DNA of 64,000 nt from Hyaloraphidium curvatum SAG 235-1 (Eukaryota > Fungi > Monoblepharomycota). Below the pieces are notes generated by a model. The model saw only the letters and a list, made by a program, of their open reading frames with translations, searched no databases and was not told where the DNA came from. Position 1 is the stretch's first letter. The number at the start of each line of letters is the position of its first letter. Positions 9,766 through 19,028 of this stretch are shown piece by piece. Location: the NCBI GenBank assembly GCA_025558095.1, contig JAIVFI010000018.1, positions 186,001-250,000 on the forward strand, given 5' to 3'. The position numbers and the translations under genes were made by a program.

Positions 9766-11783
9766 TCACTTGACAAACTCCCACCCCTCGCACTCCTCGC
9801 ACCCCTTCTCCACCTCGCACTCGGGCAGCGCCCCCTGCCACCGCAGCATGACGTCGTTGATGAGGTAGGTCATCCTGTGCTTCTGGATCGACACGTAGGC
9901 GTCGGCGTCCACGCGGCCCGAGGGGCGGCGCGAGGCGGCGGCTTGGCGGGCGAGCGCGGCGGCGCGGTGCTCCCGCATCGACTTCTGCTTGCGCGCGGGG
10001 GTGCGGAGCGGCACGGGGGCTGCGAATGCGGCCGGGGTGGGTTCCGGCTCCGGCTCCGCGGGCTCGGTGTCGTTGCACCGCGGCCACGGCCACCACCACC
10101 TCCTCCCGCAATCCGGCTCCGGCTCCTCCGGCTCCGGCTCGGGCGTCGGTTCCGGCGTCGGTTCGGGCGGCGCGGTCCCGTTGCCGTGCTCGGTGCAGTT
10201 GGGCCGGGGGAAGGGCCACCACCACTTTCGCCCGCAGTCCGGATCGTCCGGGTCCTCCGGGTCCTCGGGGTCGGGAGAGGGAGAGGGGGCGGGGGTGCCG
10301 TCCCCCGGCTGCCCTCCGGGCCCGCCGCTGCCGTCCCCATCGGGCGGTGTCCCCGGCGGCGGCGCTTCGGGGTCGCCGATGCGGTCCAGGTCGAAAGCGC
10401 AGGTGCGCCCGAGGTGGCACTTGCTCTCGAGCGCGTAGCCGGAGATGTAGCACGACGAGGTGATGCCGTTGCAGGTGCCGAGGAAGATGGGGTCGCCCGT
10501 GTTGCCCCAGTGGTATACGCGGCTGTGCTCCATCTCCTTTTCGAACTCCTTGGTGCCGGGTTCGGGGACGATCCCCAGCCGCGCGGCGAACAGCGCGTCG
10601 CCGGGGGCTTCGAACGCGAACGCGGGCAGGCCGAGTGTCTGCGCCGTGATCCCCGCCAGCGCGCCGCCGAGCGAGTGGCCGACGAGCCACACGGACGCGC
10701 GGGGGTGCAGGTGCTGCAGGTAGCGCACGATCTCCTCCGCCATGCGGTAGTACGAATCCTGCCAGTCCACGCACACCTCGCGGAGGCACTTGCGCGAGCA
10801 GGTGTAGTGGCCCTCGTAGCAGTCGCAGCCGGGGAGGGTGTACCAGGAGCCCTCGAGCTTGCCGCAGCAGCACGAGAACATCATGTTGTCCTGGACGGGG
10901 GAAGGAGCGTCAGTTTTCTGGACAGGCACACGGCGTGCAAGGAATCTCCCGCGGCGCGAAAACGGCCGCCGCGCCGGTACTCCCAGGCGGCCGTCGATAG
11001 CCGCGATTCCACCCCCGGCAGACACCCACGTTGTACTTGTCCCTCCCGCTCGTCGGCCCGCCCACGCCGAACGCCCCCGGGCTGGTCCCCTTGATCGACA
11101 CCACGACGACCTCGTCGTCCTGCTCGGCGTGGCCGCGCTCGTCCGGGAACGAGGCGAAGACGTAGCCGCGGATGCCGTCCTCGGACCAGCCGAAGCCGGT
11201 CGAGAGGTTCCAGCCGGGGACCTGGTGGAACGACGGCGAGGGCGGGAGGGAGTAGGCGTCGTAGGCCATGTAGGCGAGGGTGAGCACGGTTTTCTGGGGA
11301 CGCAACAAACGAATGAGGATTGGACGGGGAGGGTGGCGGCAGGCCACCCACCAAGTCTTTGGGGTCCGGCACCATCATCTCCCGCCCGGCCTCCTGCGCC
11401 CTGAAGGCCGGCCCGCTGGGCACCCACTCCCTGGCGGCCTGGGCCTCGAGCACGCGGCCGTCCATGTGCACCCGCCCCTCGGGCACGTCCAGGGCGCCGA
11501 ACACGCCGCCGGGCGCGCGGTGCAGCACCTTGCTGAGGCGGAAGCCGAGGCGGGAGGGCGCGGTGCCTTTGGCGCCGGCGGGGGCGCCGAGCGGGATCTG
11601 GTGCGCGGCGGCGGCGGGGTCACGTGCGCCGGCGAGCAGCGCCAGCGCGGCCACGGCGGCCAGCGCGCGGGCGACATTGCTGAGAGGGGATCGCGCGGGG
11701 GAGCGGGCGCGGGGCGCGGGGGCCGCGGGGCGGCGCGGGGGGCCGGCCGGCGCCGGGCGCGGCCCGGTCGGGGTTTGGCCCAT
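9766..11783 (-). CDS. ATG15: Autophagy lipase Atg15 (lipase class 3), multi-exon
   Basis: N-terminal TM; LAYMAYDAY, GFGWSEDGIRGYVF, VVSIKGTS, DKYN|DNMMFSCCC, GHSLGG, DPIFLGTCNG...YALESKCHLG. Confidence 0.9.
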
Positions 11784-12507
11784 CGCGGCGGCCGGCGAGG
11801 AAGCGGGCGAAGGAACGGGATCCAAGTAACGCTCTTTTTGCAGGTATCAGCGCGGCATGCCGGCGGGCGGCCGCCGGGGCACGGGGAGTCCGACTGTATC
11901 CGGTTGCGTGGAGCTGGGACGATTTCGGGGTGACACCATCGCGTCGCGAATCTCCGGCTCCGGACCCCGGTCACGGGGCCAGATGGCCTCCAAAAGACCG
12001 CAAGTGAGAAATGCAACGTTTCTCTACCGACAGATTGTCGGAGTGGGACAGACTGCGTCCCCGTGGCCAGTCCCGGCGTGTCCCCAAGCACCCCGATCGC
12101 CGTAGGGGCCAGGTCGCTCGCGGTTATCTCCAGCTGCTCGTAGATGCAGGAACCATGGATTCGGTCTGAAAGACGACACTTGAACCTCTGACGGAGGAAG
12201 ACAGTGGCTGGGGCTGGCGATCGCGCCCCAACTGCCATCGCGGACCGTGAAGCCCCGAACTGGTTCCTCGAGACGCGGAAAGCGGCTCTGCACGGCTCCA
12301 TGACGATCAGGAGTGAAGATGCACGTGTTTGCGCTGCATGTATAGCACGGTCGGCGGCGTTAGATGTGCGTGCCTCCCGAGGCGTTCTCTGTTTGGGCTG
12401 CGGCCTCGAGTCTCGGACGCCGCCTGCCGCCTTCCACGAAGCAACCCGCCAAAGATGCCCCCCCGCACGCCGCCGACCGCGCCTCCCCCGACCCCCCGCG
12501 CTCCGGG

Positions 12508-13050
12508 ATGGCCTTCGCCCCGCCGCGCGACGCCCGCCTCAAGCGCGCCCTGGACGCGTTCGACGCCGCCCGCCGGATCCTCCGCCGCGCCGAGGCCCAC
12601 TCCGGCGGCTCGGCCGCGTCGCAGGGCGCGCACAGGGCGCTGGACGTGGCGCCGCAGTTCGTCGTCGTGGGGCCGCAGTCGGCGGGCAAGAGCAGCGTGC
12701 TCGCGCGGCTGAGCGGGGTATCGCGTTCCCGACGCACAGCGAGCGGTGCACGCGCGTGGCGACGCTGCTGAAGCTGCGGCGGGTCGAGGGGGGCGACGAG
12801 GCCAAGGGGCCGGCCAAGGTCGCCCTCGTCGGGACGTGGGACGGCGCAGAAGTGAACGAAAAGTTCGACGGCGCGGGGATCTCGACGACCGAAGCGATCC
12901 GCGCGGCGCAGGACCGCGCGCTGGCGATCTGCGGCGTCACGGGCAGCGAGGGCTTCGTCGAAGCCTTGGAGATCGAGGTCACCGTGTCCCGCCCCGACGT
13001 CCCGAACGTCACACCTGGCTGAGGTCGATGTCCCGTCGTCTCGATAGATC
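12508..13050 (+). pseudogene. Dynamin/Mx-like GTPase, N-terminal fragment with frameshift
   Basis: G1 PQFVVVGPQSAGKSSVL, a frameshift near 12719, then G2 FPTHSERCTR; stop at 13020-13022 where the DLPG (G3) motif is expected. Confidence 0.75.
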
Positions 13051-13330
13051 GACGGGCCCTGGCGGTTGCTACGTCATCGCGGAATGTTGTGCCGCATCAG
13101 GCGGCATCAGAAGCGAAGCATCCGCTCCGTGATGTGACCGGAGCGACACGCAAGCATCGTCGGGCTACCGCACCGAGGTATCGGAACGGAGCGGAAGGTA
13201 TCGGTCGCCAATTGAGTAAAGGGCGCCATAGCGCGCCATGATCCGCGCAGTGGAACCCGTGATGCTCCGACACAAATAGGGACCCCGCCCGGCGAATCTG
13301 CATCCTGTCCAAGATCTTTCGACGCTCAGC

Positions 13331-14458
13331 ATGCCTGCCACCACTTCCGAGCAGGCTCCCGTGCTGATTGCCGGCGGTTACGGCACCGTCGGCCTCCAGC
13401 TCGCGCGCGCGTTTCGCGCGCTGCATCCCGACGTCGCGCTGCTCCTGGGCGGGCGGGATCCGGCCAAGGCTCCCCCGGAGGCCAAGGAGCTCGGCGGCCT
13501 CGTTCGTCTCGACACCTCGGACGCGGACCCTCTCGCTCACATCGCGGCGGTGCGGGCTGTGGTGACCGCTGTCAACGATCCGGGCGACAACCTCCTCCGC
13601 GCTGCCATCGCGCGCAAGGTGCCTTTTCTCGACATCGCGAGGTGGACTGCGCGCGTTCGTCAGGCTGCGGAAGTCGCGAAGGGGGCGGAAGCGCCCGTGC
13701 TGCTGGCTTCGGGCTGGATGGCCGGAACGGCATCGCTGCTGGCCACCGCTGTCGCATCCAAGATGGTCGCCGTCGAAGAGATTGACATTTCTGTGCTCTA
13801 CTACACCAAGGATAAGGTATTGAATACTCGGTTTAAGGTAGTGGCTTTGAGTCTGACCATGCTGCAGGCCGGCCCTGATTCAGTCGAGTACATGGACCGT
13901 CTCTCTGTGCCGTTCACCGCGATGCGATCTTCCCGCGAGGTCACCGTTCAGCCGCTCTCGGATCCCCGGGAAGTTGCTTTCCCCTCGGGGCTGCGGAGGA
14001 AGGCCTACATCTTCGACACGCCCGATGCTCTCCTCTTGCCGAAGAGCACGGGCGCCGGGACGGTCAGCGTCAGGATCGCGTTCGACGACGCGTGGATGAC
14101 CTGGGGCCTGGCTTCGCTTGTCCGGAGCGGGATCTGGGGATGCTTCTCGGGCGATCGGTGGAAGTCGCTGCGCAGGGGCCTGCTCTACTCGCCCGGGCCG
14201 GGGGCGCCGCACGAGATCGTGGTGCACGTCCGCGGAGGAGGGGAAGAGAAGACGGCGACTGCTCTTGATTCCCTGGGACAGACGCACATGACGGCAGTCG
14301 GCGCAGCGGTGCAGCTCGAGAGGCTGTTGGGGCTCGGCGGAGCGAAGGCGTTGGGGCCAGGCGTGTGGTACCCAGACACCGAGCTGTCGGGGTGGGAGAG
14401 GGGCCTGAAAGTCATGAAGGAACTGGGGGTCGAAGTCTCGATGGGAACATCCGTCTGA
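13331..14458 (+). CDS. Saccharopine dehydrogenase-like NAD(P)-binding oxidoreductase (bacterial type)
   Basis: VLIAGGYGTVG Rossmann motif and LLLGGRD; probable in-frame 51-nt intron at 13817-13867 (gtattg...ctgac...cag). Confidence 0.8.
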   Translation: MPATTSEQAPVLIAGGYGTVGLQLARAFRALHPDVALLLGGRDPAKAPPEAKELGGLVRLDTSDADPLAHIAAVRAVVTAVNDPGDNLLRAAIARKVPFLDIARWTARVRQAAEVAKGAEAPVLLASGWMAGTASLLATAVASKMVAVEEIDISVLYYTKDKVLNTRFKVVALSLTMLQAGPDSVEYMDRLSVPFTAMRSSREVTVQPLSDPREVAFPSGLRRKAYIFDTPDALLLPKSTGAGTVSVRIAFDDAWMTWGLASLVRSGIWGCFSGDRWKSLRRGLLYSPGPGAPHEIVVHVRGGGEEKTATALDSLGQTHMTAVGAAVQLERLLGLGGAKALGPGVWYPDTELSGWERGLKVMKELGVEVSMGTSV

Positions 14459-14658
14459 AGTATCACGTTGTTATCTGTCAAACACTTCCTTAATCCCGGC
14501 AGAGACCGAGTCGGTACTCGTGGGCCCGCGTGAAGTGACTTCGCAGAACGATCCAGCTGAGCTCCTGCCCGTGCGGATCCTAGAGCGAACGCATTGCTGC
14601 GGGGGGGCACGTGCACACAATAGACATGGCACCGAAAGAGCCATTGGCATCCGCAGCT

Positions 14659-15480
14659 TCAACGCACTGGAACCGAAGGCGGAACCACGACATAGTTGTT
14701 GCTGGCGTACTGCCCGCTGGCCTGCTCGTACGGCATGACGATCGCCTTTGACGGCCCTGTATGCGGCGGCACGATCTCCCCGTTCGCAGGTGACGGCTCC
14801 AGGTCGTACCGTGGCCCTTTCCGCTCGCCAGTGGTCACAGACCTGCAGCCGAACCTCGCGACCCTCGCGATCCAGAACACGGTCAGGGCGAGAAAGGCAA
14901 CGCCGAAAAGGGTGCCCAGAACGAGCATAGCGATTGCCGCGGGCCTCATCGCCTCAATGTCCCTCTGCTTCGCGACAAGGTACGGCCATTCGAGGTACGT
15001 GGCCACAATGTCGCATGATCCGCCGTCGCCGCGAAAGGCCGACGGACAGAATGTGGCGCCGGGGACCTGGCCCAGCCTGTCCGGCCGATAGGAGCAGGCG
15101 AAGGCGCTGATGTTGCGCGCTGGGTCCGCGTCGATGATTGCGGTATCCAGGACTTCGCACGGCGACGGCGGCACCGAATCGACATTGACGCAGGCGCGCC
15201 GGGCGAGCACTGCAGGGAAAGGCGCACCACCGCCCGCCGGCGACACCGATACGGGCAAGTCGCAGCAAAGCTCGCGCTTCGTGCAATATTTGCCGCAAGA
15301 GAACTCGTACTCGACGACCTTTTCGCTTTCGACCAGGCCTTGGCAGGTCCCATTCTGGAACCCCGTGGTGACGTCCGCACCGGTGTAGAAAAGGACGCCC
15401 GGGGTCAAAAGGCAGGCGGCCGCGGCAGCGCAGAAAGCGTAGAGAAACCAGAAGAGGCACCATTTGGTCCGCGGGTCCAT
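14659..15480 (-). CDS. Two-TM membrane protein with a Cys-rich extracellular loop
   Basis: MDPRTKW followed by TM1, a Cys-rich loop with N-glycosylation sites (NGT, NIS), TM2 AAIAMLVLGTLFGVAFLALTVFWI and a cytosolic tail. Confidence 0.7.
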   Translation of the reverse strand: MDPRTKWCLFWFLYAFCAAAAACLLTPGVLFYTGADVTTGFQNGTCQGLVESEKVVEYEFSCGKYCTKRELCCDLPVSVSPAGGGAPFPAVLARRACVNVDSVPPSPCEVLDTAIIDADPARNISAFACSYRPDRLGQVPGATFCPSAFRGDGGSCDIVATYLEWPYLVAKQRDIEAMRPAAIAMLVLGTLFGVAFLALTVFWIARVARFGCRSVTTGERKGPRYDLEPSPANGEIVPPHTGPSKAIVMPYEQASGQYASNNYVVVPPSVPVR

Positions 15481-16091
15481 CTCGACGGCGGCGGCGGCGG
15501 TGAGTTGTATCGGCGCTGGTCCCTTTTTGGGGACGCCGCTCCTTCGCGACCCCCACCCCAGAGGCACTTGGAGAGACGATAAGGGGACGGTGATGATCAC
15601 CGAAGCACGAAGCATGCGCACGGGGCCCACACTTATGTTTCTCGCCGTGGCGGGCGCCGCTTTTGCCACCTCACTTTAGCAGACGCGGCGGTGGAGGGCT
15701 GGGCGGAGCACTGTTTGGACACTGTAGCGCTGCATATGGAGGCTCTGGAGACCTAGATTGCTCTGCAGATGGAACTGCGTTGCTTTTCGTCCTTGAAAAA
15801 CGGGTGTTGTGCGCGGATTCAAGGGCGTGATTTGTCGATCGATGGGTTAGACAAAACCCACCATTTCCCGCATCCGGATCCCAGCCTAAGTGAATCGGCC
15901 CAGACCGTCGCAGGTCGGTCCTCTCCCACGCCGCTGCCGCGGAATCGCGCTGACTGCGTTCTCGGTATCCCGTCTCTGTGCTGTGCCGCGCTCTGCCCGC
16001 CCCGTGCCCGCTTCTGGACCTCAGCGCGCGTAGTCTGCCCGGCCCCCCGAACCTCCCGCCTCTCCCCTCTCCCAAACCCCAACCGCCAACT

Positions 16092-17523
16092 ATGGTCGGC
16101 GGCGGTCCCGGACGGGCCAAGAAGGAGGCCTACACCGAGAAGTTCAAGGAGCTGCTTGAGGAGTACCCGACCATCTTCATTGTCAATGTGGACAACGTCG
16201 GGTCGACCCAGATGCACCAGATCCGCAAGTCGCTCCGCGGGGAGGCCGTCATCCTGATGGGCAAGAACACGATGATGCGGAGGGTGCTGCGGAGCCTGAA
16301 GGAGGTCAACCCGGCGTACGACAAGCTGGTCGGCGTGGTGAAGGGCAACATCGGCCTCGTTTTCACGAAGGGGGAGCTGAAGGACATCCGCGGGAAGATC
16401 CTCGAGAACCGGGTGGGTATTGGCACGGAATGCGGTCGGTGTGGCGGCGGATGTCTGGAGGACGGGGATGGGAGGTTGCGGCGGGCTCGGCACCTCGGCC
16501 TGTGCGCGTCGAGTACCGAACGACGCCGTCGCCCGCCGCCTTCGTGGCCTGCGGTCGACCTGGGCTCTTTTTGGAAGGACTAGGCCCGGCGCCTTCCTCG
16601 TGGTGGTGGACGGGAGGCCATGCTGCGGCGGCTCACCTCGCGCGAACGGTTCCTTACCGTCCGCCCACTCTCCAGGTGCAAGCGCCTGCCAAGGCCGGTG
16701 CCATCGCCCCCGTCGATGTCATCATCCCCGCCGGCAACACCGGCATGGAACCCGGCAAGACCTCCTTCTTCCAGGCCCTCGGCATCCCCACCAAGATTGC
16801 CCGCGGTACCATTGAAATCGTCAACGACGTGTCCATCATCAAGACCGGCAACAAGGTCGGCGCTTCCGAGGCCACCCTCCTCAACATGCTCAACATCTCG
16901 CCGTTCACGTACGGCCTGAGCATCGTCAACGTGTTCGACGACGGAGCCGTCTTCCGGCCCGAGCTCATCGACATCAACCTGGAGGACCTCGTGGAGAAGT
17001 TCCTGGACGGCGTCAAGGAGATCACGCAGCTGTCGCTGGCCCTGCACTACCCGACGGTCGCGTCGGTGCCGCACCTGACCCGGCGCGGTTTCATGAACCT
17101 CGTCCACCTTTCGATCGCCTCGGGTTACACCATCAAGGCAACCGAGGAGCTCGCGGTGGGCATTTTCGCGGTGGATTGTGCTGCGAACGGTCCTGATCGC
17201 GTGTTTGCCCTCCACAGAACGCCATCTACACCCAGACCCTCCTCAACGGCTTCCGCAACCTCGTCGCCATCGCCCTTGAAACGGGCTACTCCTTCCCCCT
17301 CGCCGACCAGGTTCGTTGTTTCGCTTGCCCAGGCACCGTATCGCCGCTCAACGGCTCCATCCAGATCAAGGATGCCCTCGCCAAGGGCCCCGCCGTCTCT
17401 GCCGCCCCGGCTGCTGCTGCCGCCCCCGCCGCCGCCGCGTCGTCGGCCAAGGAGGCCGCGCCTGCCAAGGAGGAGGCTGAGGACGAGGAGGACGAGGACA
17501 TGGGCATGGGTCTGTTCGATTAG
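16092..17523 (+). CDS. RPP0: 60S acidic ribosomal protein P0 (uL10); exons 16092-16412, 16676-17155, 17218-17310, 17365-17523
   Basis: VDNVGSTQMHQIRKSLRG...MGKNTMMRR, IPAGNTGMEPGKTSFFQALGIPTKIARGTIEI, C-terminus EDEDMGMGLFD; all introns are GT-AG, phase 0. Confidence 0.97.
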
Positions 17524-17675
17524 GCGTGTGCGGGGCGGTGTACAGTGGAATCGATGCCTCGGCGTGCCTGATCTATTCGGGTCTCTTCTACTCTGCCTCC
17601 AGTCTTCGCACATAGCACTCTAGTTCGTCGTCTTGCCCAGGGGTATGTCTAAAGCATGCGGCTTTGTCAGATGTG

Positions 17676-18833
17676 TTAGGATTTCAAATCCGTCCCGTTC
17701 TGGTTCCCATTCGGGGTCTCTATCCATCCATCCGCCTCGGCATCCACCGCTTTCGTCGCCACCTCTGCCAGGCGTTCCATCTCCTCCGCATCCAGGGCAT
17801 ACTCCAACAGCACCGCCTCGTAGTCGGCTTGCCCGAAAGCCGCGAACTTCTCCGGGTCCCCGAAGATCGGTAGCCCGGATATTTCGGCCACCGCCACTGC
17901 GATCGACATGCCCTCGCCGGCCGAGGACAATGTGGCCTGGTGCTTCCGCGGGACCACGAGGATCGCGGGGAACGGGTGCGGGAGGAAGATCACGTTGTGC
18001 GCGCGGTTCGCGGCGACGAGGTGGGACAAAAGAGCGCCGGCCGCGCGGGCGAGAGGCACAAGTGCGGAGCGGGGCGGCCGCGGCGTGTGGAGGGTGAACG
18101 CAAATGCTGGGAGGGGCCAGCCGCTCGTCAGCTCGAGCGTGAGCTCGTTCTGGCCCACGCGGTGAGAGTGCAGCGAGGTCCGTGAGACGACCTCGATTGG
18201 GTAGCGGCCGTCCAGATGCGGGAAGAGGTCGCCGAGGTAGGTCAGGTGCGTGTGGAGGTGGTTCACGGACGCGTACGCGCCAAGGCTGTTGAAGAGGAGC
18301 CGCGCGTCCGGCCGCGTGCAGAGGGTGCAGACGACCTCGAGCGGGAGAAGGACCTGTTTCCAGTCGCGCAGGTTCTGCGGCAGGCCGGCGCGCGGCCGCG
18401 GGACGAGCAGCGAGTGGAACGGCACCACGGGGCTCGCGTTTATAAGGATCATGTGCGGGTCGCCCTCGCCATCCGGCAGCTGCGGCGGCGCCGACCCGGG
18501 TGGGCCGGCAAAGACGGCGTCGATCGCGTCGCCGACCCAGCAAATGGTCTCCTCGGGCTTTGTTTTGCCAAAGTGGAACTTCTCCGGCGCGAAAGGCGCG
18601 TCCACCGCGATCGACCGCGCGGCGGCGGCATCGGCGGCCACGGAGCTTTGACGCTTCGCGGCAAAATGGCCCGGGATGAGCTGCTTGACCGCGCCGCGGC
18701 CGCCGTCGAGTGGCGCGCGCGTCGCGCCGTCGTACGAGTTCGTGAAGAGGTGGGCCCTCGCCTCCCAGCCGGCTTGCACGCGCGTGTCAAAGTCGGCAGC
18801 AGCGCCGTCGGGAGCCGCGCCCTCGGCCGCCAT
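17676..18833 (-). CDS. GDP-D-glucose phosphorylase (GDPGP1/VTC2 HIT-like family)
   Basis: PFAPEKFHFGK, LINASPV...HSLLVP, FNSLGAYASVNHLHTH; intronless. Confidence 0.88.
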   Translation of the reverse strand: MAAEGAAPDGAAADFDTRVQAGWEARAHLFTNSYDGATRAPLDGGRGAVKQLIPGHFAAKRQSSVAADAAAARSIAVDAPFAPEKFHFGKTKPEETICWVGDAIDAVFAGPPGSAPPQLPDGEGDPHMILINASPVVPFHSLLVPRPRAGLPQNLRDWKQVLLPLEVVCTLCTRPDARLLFNSLGAYASVNHLHTHLTYLGDLFPHLDGRYPIEVVSRTSLHSHRVGQNELTLELTSGWPLPAFAFTLHTPRPPRSALVPLARAAGALLSHLVAANRAHNVIFLPHPFPAILVVPRKHQATLSSAGEGMSIAVAVAEISGLPIFGDPEKFAAFGQADYEAVLLEYALDAEEMERLAEVATKAVDAEADGWIETPNGNQNGTDLKS

Positions 18834-19028
18834 TGCGGGTCGGTGGGGAAGAAGCGGTGCGGTCTACCGCGGGACGCTGGCCCCCACACGTCAAGCGTCC
18901 TCGACTCCTAATCCTGGAAGGACGCCAATCTCTTTCGAAATCTATGCAGTTCACCAAGAATCAACGGCTCCCATTTCCCCCGTGCAAGCATCCCCACGAT
19001 CTAGCGCCTCCAAGTCGCACCGCTCCCT

